Positions 18,468 to 27,232 of a stretch of 64,000 bases of DNA are shown here, piece by piece (within the stretch, counting starts at the first letter, position 1; the number at the start of each line of letters is the position of its first letter). The notes beneath the pieces were generated by a model, which made no database searches, was not told the origin of the DNA, and was given only the letters and a program-made list of their open reading frames with translations. Made by a program: the position numbers and the translations under genes. The DNA is taken from IMG/VR virus record IMGVR_UViG_3300025751_003710. One strand, given 5' to 3'. This DNA comes from an uncultured virus (IMG/VR IMGVR_UViG_3300025751_003710). Lineage: Duplodnaviria; Heunggongvirae; Uroviricota; Caudoviricetes.

Positions 18468-18734
18468 ATGCAACTGACCAACTCCGCCACCATCGTTGAC
18501 TTCTTCCCCGAAGCGTTCATTGCTGAGGCATGTGAGAAGAAGGGTATGAAGACTGTTGTGAAGCGTTTCACAAAGCGTGTTACCTTCCGTGCTAATGGCA
18601 TGAAGTCCTATAGTGTTGTGAGCATGACCGATGCAAAGCATGAGTGGGCATCCCGTATTGCTAAGGGTGCCGAGGTTACTGGTTACAATACTGAAAAGAT
18701 GCCTGCTGGTGAGTATATGCCTCTCTACTGCTGA
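18468..18734 (+). CDS. Hypothetical early protein
   Basis: ORF track; GGAG RBS. Confidence 0.75.
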   Translation: MQLTNSATIVDFFPEAFIAEACEKKGMKTVVKRFTKRVTFRANGMKSYSVVSMTDAKHEWASRIAKGAEVTGYNTEKMPAGEYMPLYC

Positions 18735-18736
18735 TC

Positions 18737-18904
18737 ATGATCACTTCCAAGACTCAAATGCTCCGTGTGATCAAGACTGCTGTTCTTGGTCATGCTCTCA
18801 CCCGTGAGGAAAAGTTCAAAGTCTTTGTTAATGTGTGTGATAACATGTTAGCAGAAGGACGTATCACCAAAGCAAACCACGAACGCTGGACTAATGTTTT
18901 CTAA
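18737..18904 (+). CDS. Small hypothetical protein (55 aa)
   Basis: Manually translated MITSKTQMLR... Confidence 0.65.
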   Translation: MITSKTQMLRVIKTAVLGHALTREEKFKVFVNVCDNMLAEGRITKANHERWTNVF

Positions 18905-18908
18905 AGTC

Positions 18909-19055
18909 ATGCAATATGGACTCTTTGGCATCTTTCTTTGTCTTGCTCTTGGGAGTTATCTTAACTTCCTAGCAGAGCGTGATGCTAAGATGTTCAAAGC
19001 ATACGATGCGTGTGCTACACTCCCACAACCACATCCAGACTGTAATGTTCACTAA
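18909..19055 (+). CDS. Small membrane hypothetical protein (48 aa)
   Basis: Manually translated MQYGLFGIFLCLALG... Confidence 0.55.
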   Translation: MQYGLFGIFLCLALGSYLNFLAERDAKMFKAYDACATLPQPHPDCNVH

Positions 19056-19185
19056 AGAAGATCATGAGTTTATCGACTTTCTCTTCGGTAAACTGACCTG
19101 CCTCACTGATACTGAGATGATTGATTTGCAGGATGATGATACCTGCTGTGACCAACTTGAATTTGAGAAACTTTGTGATGATTGA
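19045..19185 (+). CDS. Small acidic hypothetical protein
   Basis: Start moved to MFTKEDHEF. Confidence 0.6.
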   Translation: MFTKEDHEFIDFLFGKLTCLTDTEMIDLQDDDTCCDQLEFEKLCDD

Positions 19186-19384
19186 AGATGTAACTAATTC
19201 CCCAAAAGATTGGGAAGATTTTTGGTACTCTCCAGAAAAGTATGGTAGTTGGGATTCTATGTTTGAAGAATCTATTGCATCTCTATCAAAACGAAAATTG
19301 AAACTTCTGTCTGAAATTGAAGAAATCAATCTACAAATTGAACATTTACGTCAACAAAAAGAAAGTATACATAAAGTAACTTAA
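19178..19384 (+). CDS. Hypothetical protein
   Basis: Start moved to MIEDVTNSP. Confidence 0.6.
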   Translation: MIEDVTNSPKDWEDFWYSPEKYGSWDSMFEESIASLSKRKLKLLSEIEEINLQIEHLRQQKESIHKVT

Positions 19385-19393
19385 ACGATAGTT

Positions 19394-20056
19394 ATGAACA
19401 TATTTGAAATAAACTCTTCTTTTGATATAGATGTAGAAGAGTTTATGGATAGTAAAATTTATACAATTAGTAATTTTTATCGCTATCCCGATAAAGTTAT
19501 TAATTATATAAATTCAAGGAAAACACCACTTTGGAAAAGTGGTGAAGATAAAAGAAATAATATAACCAATAATTCTATTTTATTCGATGATAGGAGGTTA
19601 GAGGAAGTAAATCCCGATGTAGATATTGTATATAATTTCTTATGTGATCTTCTTAAAACAGAACCAGTAGATCATTATCAAAGAACAATTGTAACTAACA
19701 AAACTAAATTATTACATAAAGGATTCAATGACTATGAAAACTGTTATTGGTACCCACATAATGATACTGGTCTCAATGCAATTGTTTATTTAAATGAGGA
19801 AACTACTGCAGGAACTAACTTGTATGCACCACAACTCATTTATCCAAAAAACCCAAGAGAACCTGAACATCTTTGGCCTTGGAAACCTAGACATCTTTGG
19901 CCATTAGCAAAAACTATCACTGCTAGATATAATACTATGTCTATTTTTGATGGGCATAAGTTTTACCATGGTATGTCTGTAAATGATGAGTTGTGGTTTA
20001 AAAAATATAGACTAAATCAGGTTTTCTTTCTAAAACCTACGGAGTTGAATAAATGA
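19394..20056 (+). CDS. Putative 2OG-Fe(II) oxygenase-like protein
   Basis: NFY.YP, PHND, IVYLN, GTNLY, RYN, HG, RLNQVFF. Confidence 0.65.
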   Translation: MNIFEINSSFDIDVEEFMDSKIYTISNFYRYPDKVINYINSRKTPLWKSGEDKRNNITNNSILFDDRRLEEVNPDVDIVYNFLCDLLKTEPVDHYQRTIVTNKTKLLHKGFNDYENCYWYPHNDTGLNAIVYLNEETTAGTNLYAPQLIYPKNPREPEHLWPWKPRHLWPLAKTITARYNTMSIFDGHKFYHGMSVNDELWFKKYRLNQVFFLKPTELNK

Positions 20057-20265
20057 AAACAGATACAAATGTAAATTTAAATGTTCAAGAATTGGGAGTT
20101 TTACTTTCCGCTTTAGAACTCCTAGAACATGTAGATGAGTGCCATATTGCAAAAGATTATGGTAGTGCTCCATCACTCTATAATCGATTAAAAGAAATTT
20201 ATAATAACCTTGATATTTCAATCTGTAGAACAGAAGATGACCCAATTTGTGAACCCTCATTCTAA
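20053..20265 (+). CDS. Hypothetical protein
   Basis: ORF track. Confidence 0.65.
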   Translation: MKTDTNVNLNVQELGVLLSALELLEHVDECHIAKDYGSAPSLYNRLKEIYNNLDISICRTEDDPICEPSF

Positions 20266-20266
20266 A

Positions 20267-20449
20267 ATGAACGACCAAGACATTGAACAATTCATCAAAG
20301 CATTTGATGATTTTATGCAACACGCCGAAACTGAAATCGATTCACACAACAAGTGGAAAGAGGCAGAGCAATATACTAATGAATTCTTTGAAAAGAAAGC
20401 ATCGGAATTGGAAGTAACCGTTGATTACTATATTCAGGAGTTTGTCTAA
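20267..20449 (+). CDS. Hypothetical protein
   Basis: Start moved to MNDQDIEQF; ends VTVDYYIQEF. Confidence 0.7.
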   Translation: MNDQDIEQFIKAFDDFMQHAETEIDSHNKWKEAEQYTNEFFEKKASELEVTVDYYIQEFV

Positions 20450-20620
20450 ATGGATGAGCAGACAAAATTAATCTTAGCATTGTACCAAGTTGAAGGGATC
20501 ACGGGATTGACAAAGGATAATCCCTACAAACAGTTTATTTTCATGCACCTCAATTCAATCAAATGTGAATTAGAGAGGCAGTTGACAAATCTTACAACCG
20601 CTAGTAAAATCAAGGAGTAA
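20450..20620 (+). CDS. Small hypothetical protein (56 aa)
   Basis: Manually translated; AGGAG RBS. Confidence 0.65.
   Translation: MDEQTKLILALYQVEGITGLTKDNPYKQFIFMHLNSIKCELERQLTNLTTASKIKE
20582..20610 (+). promoter_or_regulatory. sigma70-like promoter
   Basis: TTGACA-17-TAAAAT. Confidence 0.65.
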
Positions 20621-20633
20621 TTTACACAAACCG

Positions 20634-20873
20634 ATGGCACAAAAGTTTCTCTACATTGTTGATCACTACATTCCATTCCCGCGTTCTGAATATGGTGGCA
20701 TTTGGAATATCATTGCAGAAAATGATGAAGAATGTTTTGACATCATTGCCGAAGAAGATGGTGGAGCAAATGATGATTATTTTAAGCGTCTCAGGGAAAA
20801 TATCATGAAAGCTCCAACATATGCTCTTGCAGAAGATGTAGAATCTGGTATTGTTGAACAGTTTACGACTTGA
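20634..20873 (+). CDS. Hypothetical protein
   Basis: ORF track. Confidence 0.75.
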   Translation: MAQKFLYIVDHYIPFPRSEYGGIWNIIAENDEECFDIIAEEDGGANDDYFKRLRENIMKAPTYALAEDVESGIVEQFTT

Positions 20874-20876
20874 TCT

Positions 20877-21038
20877 ATGGCAAATCTTTATAAAGTAGTA
20901 GTTGAGTGCACATCTGGTTGGGAGCAATTAGAAACAACTGACCGAAAACTTACTAAAGAAGCAGCACTTGAGCGTATCAAACAACTTCTAGACGAAGGTT
21001 ATAGTCCAGATAGAATTAGAGCAGTTTTTGATGATTGA
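20877..21038 (+). CDS. Small hypothetical protein (53 aa)
   Basis: Manually translated MANLYKVVVE... Confidence 0.65.
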   Translation: MANLYKVVVECTSGWEQLETTDRKLTKEAALERIKQLLDEGYSPDRIRAVFDD

Positions 21039-21321
21039 ACTTCCGCATGATTTTCCCCATGAACCTCCTGAAAACTACACTTATGAAGTTGAAACGTTTC
21101 GACCCAATGTATTACGTATTTGGTGTTGCAATCATTCTAAATTCACTTTCAACGATGGTGCTGTTGCAAAGAGTATTTGGGGATTCTACAACACAAAGAA
21201 GGGAACCTATCATGCGCCTATTAACTCCACCAAGTGTGGAGATCAGGTAAATATTGAAGACACCAGACCTTACAGTGCGATGAGGTTGAACATAAGTCCT
21301 TTAGAAGCAGCATTTCTATGA
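21031..21321 (+). CDS. Hypothetical protein
   Basis: ORF track; ATG at 21031. Confidence 0.75.
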   Translation: MIELPHDFPHEPPENYTYEVETFRPNVLRIWCCNHSKFTFNDGAVAKSIWGFYNTKKGTYHAPINSTKCGDQVNIEDTRPYSAMRLNISPLEAAFL

Positions 21322-21590
21322 CTTATATACCTGCTGTTGACGATTATGTTAAATGGGAACATAATGGAAATTGTGATGAAGGATGGGTGTACTTTGTATG
21401 CCCAGATTACATCACAATAGAAGTAATGGTAAAGTGTAAAACTGATGAAAACATTAAAGATTGCCCTTTACATCAAAAAATACATGTTTTGGTACTTTGT
21501 TATGCATTTCAGTGGAATGAATTGAAATATATTGAGAGAAGAGAATGTCAAAAAGAACTACTTTATGGAGATGGTGGGCAAAAGCAATAG
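21318..21590 (+). CDS. Hypothetical protein
   Basis: ORF track. Confidence 0.7.
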   Translation: MTYIPAVDDYVKWEHNGNCDEGWVYFVCPDYITIEVMVKCKTDENIKDCPLHQKIHVLVLCYAFQWNELKYIERRECQKELLYGDGGQKQ

Positions 21591-21769
21591 GTGAGAAGGC
21601 AAGTAAAGATGATAAAGAATCTGATGCTGTTGCTAGAATTAGAACTATTATATTTTTAACTTATCTTATTACCAACTGTTTTATTATTTCTGGTGTTATT
21701 CGGCACTGGAACAAAAAACCAACAACAATTAATCATTATGAAATACAGTGTCACTTACCTGAAAAATAA
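21545..21769 (+). CDS. Hypothetical membrane protein
   Basis: Hydrophobic segment IIFLTYLITNCFIISGVI. Confidence 0.65.
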   Translation: MSKRTTLWRWWAKAIGEKASKDDKESDAVARIRTIIFLTYLITNCFIISGVIRHWNKKPTTINHYEIQCHLPEK

Positions 21770-21893
21770 AAAGAACAAGAAAGCAAAACAAACGGCAGTT
21801 TTTTATAGTATTGAGGATGCCGTAATGTGGGAAAATCACGTTAAATCGCAGAATTGTGAAAATATAGAGATTATTCCAATTTTTTCCGAATAA
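21738..21893 (+). CDS. Small hypothetical protein
   Basis: Start moved to MKYSVTYL. Confidence 0.6.
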   Translation: MKYSVTYLKNKKNKKAKQTAVFYSIEDAVMWENHVKSQNCENIEIIPIFSE

Positions 21894-21895
21894 TG

Positions 21896-21902
21896 ATAAA
21901 TA
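21896..21902 (+). promoter_or_regulatory. T4-type late promoter
   Basis: ATAAATA in the intergenic gap; another TAAATA at 24081. Confidence 0.6.
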
Positions 21903-21932
21903 ATTTCATAATTAGGAATTTCCCAGTAGGTA

Positions 21933-24083
21933 ATGTCGGAAACTAATAAAACTGAAGAATTGTTTGGTAGTGGTTCTATCAAATGGTCTGATCTTAGAGA
22001 GAACTTTAAGGGAAAAACTGATGGAACTCTAAATGCAAGAGAGCTTTATAGAGAAGCAGCTTCTGATGTTTATAATTCTTATGTTCCAGATGCAGATGAG
22101 AATGCAAGCATACCTGCCATGGATTCTGGGGAACCATTATCTATGTCAGATTTTAGAGATACTGTAAAAGAAATTGTAGTAGAGCAGTCGGGAAGAAATG
22201 CTAATTATGATGCTGCAGGTTCTACTTACTGGGGTGGTAATTTAGATAAAAATGTAAAAAAATTATTGCGTATTAAGGGGCAAGTATATAGTGAGGATGC
22301 CACTAGTTCGGCAATGTCTTGGTCTGGTAATGCTAATAATGTTGATATTTCAGTGCATGGTTCAGTGACTGGAATGTATGGTCTTAAAGGAACTGCAAGT
22401 AGAGCAAGTAGTCAAAATCCAGTTACTGGTGAACCTGATGGGCAAGATGGTGGACCAGCACTTGAGATTACTGGTGTTCCTGAAAGTGATTTAATAGAAA
22501 TTAAAATTGATGGTCAATCAGGCACGATTCGTGGTGGAGGTGGCGGCGGAGCTGCTGGAATTGGTGGAGTTTCTGGTGAAGATGGACTTGATGGTGCCGA
22601 TGGTTCCGATGGTGATGCTGGTGCCGATGGTCCTGCTAATACAAATCCAGATTCTGGAAACCCTGGAGGAGGTGGATCTGGTGGACTTTTTGGAAGTGCT
22701 GGACAAATTGGGCAAGGTGGAATTGGATATAATCCAGGTGTAGGACCTGCTGGTGATGGTGGAGACAGTGGTGATGGTGGAGACGGTGGTGATGGTGGAA
22801 GAGGTGGAACAGGTGGAGATCCTGGTGCCGATGGTGCCGATGGTGCTCGTGGTGCTGATGGTAGTCCTGGTAAGTGTCAGGGTGTAACTGATCAACAAAC
22901 AGAGCAGGCATGTGGTGATCCTGCACCAGCATGTCCTTCAGGTTGGGAAAGTAGAGAGCAGAGAGATTCTGGATCATGTGGTGGAAGAATGTGGGACTGG
23001 GGTGGAAATCAATATAGAACAAGAACTTGTAGAAGAATTGAGCAAGTTCAAGTATCTGGTGGCCAAGGTGGAGATGGTGGTGAAGGTGGAAGTGGCGGAA
23101 CAGGTGGTAGTGGTGGACGAGGTGGAAACGGTGGAAGAGGTGGTAGTGGTGGAAGAGGTGGACGAGGTGGAGCTGGTGGAGCTGGTGGAAACGGTGGAAA
23201 TGGAAAAGGTTGGGGTGTGTCATATAATACGGCACAAAAGGGGCAAGATGGTGGAATAGCTGGAGAAGGGCAAGCAGGTGGAGATGGTGGAGCTGGGCAA
23301 GTTGGTGGAACAGGTTCTTCTGGTAGCAGAGGAGGCAGTGGTGGTTATGGTGGTTATGGTCAACAAGCTGAATTTTGCCCTGGTGGATGGTCTGGCAGTG
23401 CCCAGGCTGGAGAGCAAGGTAAACGGGGTGAAGCAGGTGAGCAGGGAAAAACTGGACAAAAAGGACAAGACGGACAACCTGGTGAAGCTGGTCAAGCTGG
23501 GCAAGATGGAACGGCAGGGCAGAAGGGCACTGATGGTGCAGATGGTGGAGATTATGGTGCAGATGGTGGAAGTACACCTTATGGAAATGGTGGTACTGGT
23601 GGAAAGGCAATTGCAGGTGATGGTGGATATTACATTACACAATCTCAAGATAGAATTCTTGGTGCCACAGAAAATTCTGGATCGCAAGGTCGAACATCAG
23701 GAACACCGACAACATTTGTCAATAACATCACAACTATAACCGCAACACTGTCTGCAAGTTCCACAACATTTAATGAAGGTGAATCAATTGATTTTACAAT
23801 CGCTGCAACCAATTGTGAGAATTCGACGACTTTATATTTCAGTGTGAGTGGATTTGCACTTGGACCGAATGATTTAGAAGATCAACCAACAACAAATGAT
23901 TACAAAACTGGAATTGTAAATGTCCAGAACAATACTGGAACATTTACGATTACATCTAAAACTGATGAAATCACAGAAGAAGCACCTGAAAAGGAATTTT
24001 TAGTTGCTCTTCGATTAGACGGCACTGATGGTGAAATTCTTGATTATGTGTATATCACACTTCAAAATGTAATTACAGAATAA
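21933..24083 (+). CDS. Glycine-rich (polyGly-II/collagen-like) adhesin or fibre protein
   Basis: GGPAL...IRGGGGGGAAG as in T-even gp38 adhesins; GGX and GXY repeats; C-terminal Ig-like beta domain. Confidence 0.65.
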   Translation: MSETNKTEELFGSGSIKWSDLRENFKGKTDGTLNARELYREAASDVYNSYVPDADENASIPAMDSGEPLSMSDFRDTVKEIVVEQSGRNANYDAAGSTYWGGNLDKNVKKLLRIKGQVYSEDATSSAMSWSGNANNVDISVHGSVTGMYGLKGTASRASSQNPVTGEPDGQDGGPALEITGVPESDLIEIKIDGQSGTIRGGGGGGAAGIGGVSGEDGLDGADGSDGDAGADGPANTNPDSGNPGGGGSGGLFGSAGQIGQGGIGYNPGVGPAGDGGDSGDGGDGGDGGRGGTGGDPGADGADGARGADGSPGKCQGVTDQQTEQACGDPAPACPSGWESREQRDSGSCGGRMWDWGGNQYRTRTCRRIEQVQVSGGQGGDGGEGGSGGTGGSGGRGGNGGRGGSGGRGGRGGAGGAGGNGGNGKGWGVSYNTAQKGQDGGIAGEGQAGGDGGAGQVGGTGSSGSRGGSGGYGGYGQQAEFCPGGWSGSAQAGEQGKRGEAGEQGKTGQKGQDGQPGEAGQAGQDGTAGQKGTDGADGGDYGADGGSTPYGNGGTGGKAIAGDGGYYITQSQDRILGATENSGSQGRTSGTPTTFVNNITTITATLSASSTTFNEGESIDFTIAATNCENSTTLYFSVSGFALGPNDLEDQPTTNDYKTGIVNVQNNTGTFTITSKTDEITEEAPEKEFLVALRLDGTDGEILDYVYITLQNVITE

Positions 24084-24103
24084 ATAAAAACGAATTATTT
24101 TGA

Positions 24104-24544
24104 ATGAAAATGACTTTATCTAGACCTACGAATTTCATTAAAGAATATTATAAAAAGAACGGTAAAATATCATTTACCGAAGAAGAAATAAACAAGTTCT
24201 GCGAACTATTGATGGCAATTTATTATAGGATAGTAAGTCCTAAATTTGAATCAAGTGAGAATATTGCAAAGAGAAGGATGAGCGTATGTAAGAAGTGCCC
24301 ATACTTCAAAATCCATGAAGGCGGTGGTAAGCACTGTAATGCATGTGGATGTGATTTAAGCATTAAAACTACAGTCGCGACTGAATGGTGCCCAGAGAAA
24401 AAGTGGGACATGGACATTGCAACAATACGCCAAAAAATGACAGAAGCAGTTGATATAATGAATGAGTTAAGAGACGAAGATTGGTATGATATGATGTCAT
24501 TTGAAGATTATGAGGAGTGGCAGGCAAATGAAGCAGCAAAATAA
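24104..24544 (+). CDS. Cys-rich protein (CxxC...CxxCGC...CP..KW)
   Basis: RRMSVCKKC...HCNACGC...K...WCPEKKW. Confidence 0.75.
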   Translation: MKMTLSRPTNFIKEYYKKNGKISFTEEEINKFCELLMAIYYRIVSPKFESSENIAKRRMSVCKKCPYFKIHEGGGKHCNACGCDLSIKTTVATEWCPEKKWDMDIATIRQKMTEAVDIMNELRDEDWYDMMSFEDYEEWQANEAAK

Positions 24545-24830
24545 TCAATACCCATCAAAATTTGAGCAGGCAAAGAGTCTAGTTAGTTTAGTACAGGATG
24601 CTATTGTTGATGTGATGAAAGGGGAGCAAGTCTTCTCTACAGATGAATTGAAAGAGCAAAGAATGGCAATTTGTAAGAGTTGCGATCAATACAATGAGAA
24701 ACACAATCGCTGTATGAAATGTGGTTGTTTTCTTGATAAGAAAGTATCTCTCAGTTCTGCTCGCTGCCCCTTGGACAAATGGGATGGCTCCGAGACTGGA
24801 AGCGCCGATTTTTACAATCCTTTCAGTTAA
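24528..24830 (+). CDS. Cys-rich protein, paralog of the preceding gene
   Basis: RMAICKSC...RCMKCGC...K...RCPLDKW. Confidence 0.75.
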   Translation: MKQQNNQYPSKFEQAKSLVSLVQDAIVDVMKGEQVFSTDELKEQRMAICKSCDQYNEKHNRCMKCGCFLDKKVSLSSARCPLDKWDGSETGSADFYNPFS

Positions 24831-25591
24831 CCATAATACCAATAAAAACCACGCCAACTATAACGACCTGGGTGCTTTAAACTTTTGGTGAGTCCTGTAC
24901 CATGACCACCAGCACCTAGTTCTTTTACACATGTTGCTATACTTTCAAAGCGGGGACCTAGTCTCTCCGTTTTTTTGTGTATGCCAAATATAGACTTCTT
25001 CTTCGATTTATCTTCAAGGATGGTCCATTTATACCCATAACATTTGTAATTGTTTCGGGCACAAACTAGTAAATTTGAATTCTTTCTTGGATTACCTGTA
25101 ATTTCTTCTGCCGCTTCTCTTACAGTATCCCATGTTTTTATTTCACCAGTTTCTATATTTTTCCCCTGTATTTTAAGACCTGATTTCTTACCATCACCTC
25201 TATCTTCATCTTTAATTGTATACCATGTATTATAATGTTCCTTAAGTTCGGGCACATGTATTACATCGTCTTCGATTGATTCTTCATCTTCTTCCTCTTC
25301 AATCGTTTCTATTTCTAATGTATTGTATCCATGAATATGAGAGTTATAATGTAATATCCAATATTTCTGTTTTTCTTCTAGTTCATGATCATTACATTCA
25401 TCCAATTCTTTAATGTTAAATGAACTTACATCGAATTGTCTGAATGCTTTGTGCAGGGGCAATGAGGACATTCTTTTGGATTGATCGATGTGGTGCTTCC
25501 AGATTTTGTTCATTGGTAGTGTGGTTTCACCCACATACTTACAATCGTTCTTTTTATTTGTAATCAGGTATATAATGCCTCTTTGTGCCAT
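24827..25591 (-). CDS. Free-standing GIY-YIG homing endonuclease with NUMOD1-like DNA-binding repeats
   Basis: GIIYLITN...YVGET...E..WI..YN...GYN; two C-terminal modules (WDTVREAA..GYKW; FESIATCV..GFYW). Only credible minus-strand gene in the window. Confidence 0.8.
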   Translation of the reverse strand: MAQRGIIYLITNKKNDCKYVGETTLPMNKIWKHHIDQSKRMSSLPLHKAFRQFDVSSFNIKELDECNDHELEEKQKYWILHYNSHIHGYNTLEIETIEEEEDEESIEDDVIHVPELKEHYNTWYTIKDEDRGDGKKSGLKIQGKNIETGEIKTWDTVREAAEEITGNPRKNSNLLVCARNNYKCYGYKWTILEDKSKKKSIFGIHKKTERLGPRFESIATCVKELGAGGHGTGLTKSLKHPGRYSWRGFYWYYG

Positions 25592-25805
25592 TATTTGTGG
25601 TATTAGTACAGTTGTTTTATATAGTACGGTACTCTTTTTATAGTGTAAGGAACACTGTGTATGTTTTAGGGTGTTATTTCTAGATGTACACTCTAAAATG
25701 TTGTATAAATATAAAACTGTTTTTTGTATTGTGAGATACTTCGTGGTATGTGCCTGGTATTTCCACAGTGTCTCTTAAATGCCTTCGAGACATGTGGACT
25801 AAGCG

Positions 25806-25834
25806 AGCGTACCATAAGACGCGCAGTTTGTCAA
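25806..25834 (-). promoter_or_regulatory. Leftward sigma70-like promoter
   Basis: Reverse strand TTGACA-17-TACGCT. Confidence 0.6.
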
Positions 25835-25874
25835 GTCTAACGCCGCCGCGCCCCAGAAAAACGCTACGAGATCG

Positions 25875-26012
25875 CTCGTCGAGATCCGCGCATTATATCA
25901 TAACTCGTCGAGATATCATCATATCTTAACATTTCATCATTTTTTGTATAAATAATCTATTATAACTCGTCGAGATCCACGTGGGCGTTGTGGCTTGCAG
26001 TCTCGTCGAGAT
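25875..26012. repeat. Four copies of CTCGTCGAGAT (palindromic core CTCGtCGAG)
   Basis: Copies start at 25875, 25904, 25966 and 26002. Confidence 0.9.
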
Positions 26013-26023
26013 CATGATACAAT
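25995..26023 (+). promoter_or_regulatory. Rightward sigma70-like promoter with a repeat copy in its spacer
   Basis: TTGCAG-17-TACAAT with TG extension. Similar promoter at 26227-26255 (TTGCGT-17-TACAAT). Confidence 0.6.
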
Positions 26024-26057
26024 ATACACGTGTTCAACACAATCGCTACGAGTTCCC

Positions 26058-26249
26058 ATGTACGACGATTACGAGATCGATTTTTTCTGCGAGAACGATT
26101 TTAACATCGATGAAGATTCGTACTACGAGAATCATCAACGTTATAACAATATCATACGAGAGGATATCTATCATCTCGATGATACTGATGATGAATACGA
26201 GCGCGATTCACAAGATTATCAGGCACTTGCGTATCATCATTATGCATGA
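26058..26249 (+). CDS. Very acidic small protein (MYDDYEIDFF...)
   Basis: ATG downstream of promoter. Confidence 0.65.
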   Translation: MYDDYEIDFFCENDFNIDEDSYYENHQRYNNIIREDIYHLDDTDDEYERDSQDYQALAYHHYA

Positions 26250-26276
26250 TACAATATGTTCACAACACACAACGAG

Positions 26277-26435
26277 ATGATCATGATCGCACACAAACGC
26301 AGGGTACGTATCACGCTCGACGTGGAATGTTATGATGATTATCCCCTGGAAGATCTAGATTGGCGAGATCTTCTGTCACTCGAAGGTGACGAGGATGTTG
26401 ATGTTAACATCAAAGATTACAGTGATGTTTTCTAA
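26277..26435 (+). CDS. Small acidic hypothetical protein (52 aa)
   Basis: Manually translated MIMIAHKRRVRITLDVECYDD... Confidence 0.65.
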   Translation: MIMIAHKRRVRITLDVECYDDYPLEDLDWRDLLSLEGDEDVDVNIKDYSDVF

Positions 26436-26436
26436 T

Positions 26437-26499
26437 ATGCCACTTTGTTAATTGGCACATCATATGATTCTTGACATATAGCGCGAGACATTGTATGAT
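26437..26499 (+). promoter_or_regulatory. Dyad motif (copy 7) plus tRNA promoter
   Basis: atgcca-N10-tggcac, then TTGACA-17-TATGAT. Confidence 0.7.
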
Positions 26500-26509
26500 A
26501 TTTGTTATC

Positions 26510-26594
26510 GGGAGTGTGGCGGAATCGGTAGACGCACCAGACTTAAAATCTGTTGAGCATTATGCTCGTGGGAGTTCAAGTCTCCCTACTCCTA
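26510..26594 (+). tRNA. trnL: tRNA-Leu (anticodon UAA); CCA not encoded
   Basis: Acceptor GGGAGTG/TACTCCT-A, D-loop GGAATCGGTAGAC, anticodon loop CTTAAAA, long variable arm gagcattatgctc, GTTCAAGTC T-loop. Confidence 0.95.
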
Positions 26595-26685
26595 TTGGGC
26601 AATTATGTACCTTGGTTGCCCAAATAAGCGCGAGAAAAATAAACTTTACTATTATAGAGTAGGTGTAAAATAGTGGATAACCCTG

Positions 26686-26725
26686 TGGGAGGAAAGAATT
26701 GATGGACCTTTCCTCCCATTTTTTT
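26686..26725 (+). terminator. Rho-independent terminator
   Basis: tgggaggaaag/ctttcctccca stem followed by T7. Confidence 0.8.
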
Positions 26726-26734
26726 AAAGAATAT

Positions 26735-26793
26735 ATGCCAATAGTTCTAGTGTCACATAACCCCTTGCGGATTCGTTCGTGAGGGGTTATGTT
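26735..26793 (+). promoter_or_regulatory. Dyad-motif early promoter, copy 8
   Basis: atgcca-N10-tgtcac, 31 nt, TATGTT; inverted repeat ataacccct/aggggttat. Confidence 0.55.
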
Positions 26794-26847
26794 TGTTTCG
26801 TGGGTTGAGAAATCTCTTCACAAACTCCCCACGAATTCTTTTCACAA

Positions 26848-27216
26848 ATGACCGCAATCAATTTTTTCCACCTGGCACCCGCAATTGAGGTGCTGGAAAG
26901 TGTCACAATCTGGGGCGCACGAGTTTATGCCATCGGTTCCGAAATCTTCACAGTGACGGCAATACTTTGGTGCCTGAACTTTCTGGGCAACATGATACAA
27001 AAGACTTTTCAGTTTGGTTATGCTTTCGGCAAATTCTATCGCCGTTACGTGCATTCTCATCTGAAATCTTTCGTGGTTCGTGTCATCGCACTTGTAATCC
27101 TTCTGGGTCAGTTAACCTTTGAGGGGGCACAGTTTGTTATCACGAATCACCACGATATCATTGAGCGTGCTAATATTTTTCGTAACCGCGTTGGATCATA
27201 CTTTGTGTATGGGTGA
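26848..27216 (+). CDS. Hypothetical membrane protein
   Basis: Two hydrophobic segments. Confidence 0.65.
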   Translation: MTAINFFHLAPAIEVLESVTIWGARVYAIGSEIFTVTAILWCLNFLGNMIQKTFQFGYAFGKFYRRYVHSHLKSFVVRVIALVILLGQLTFEGAQFVITNHHDIIERANIFRNRVGSYFVYG

Positions 27217-27232
27217 TTCGTGATAACAAACT

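Noticed and set aside
22636..23610. 324-aa His-rich minus-strand ORF and other alternate-frame ORFs over the Gly-rich gene
   Set aside because: Shadow frames of GGT/GGA repeats; low complexity and no independent signals.
25875..26012. CRISPR-like array from CTCGTCGAGAT repeats
   Set aside because: Repeats are only 11 bp with irregular spacing (18, 51 and 25 nt) and there are no cas genes.
26471..26662. 63-aa ORF in the track
   Set aside because: Overlaps the tRNA-Leu gene and its promoter.
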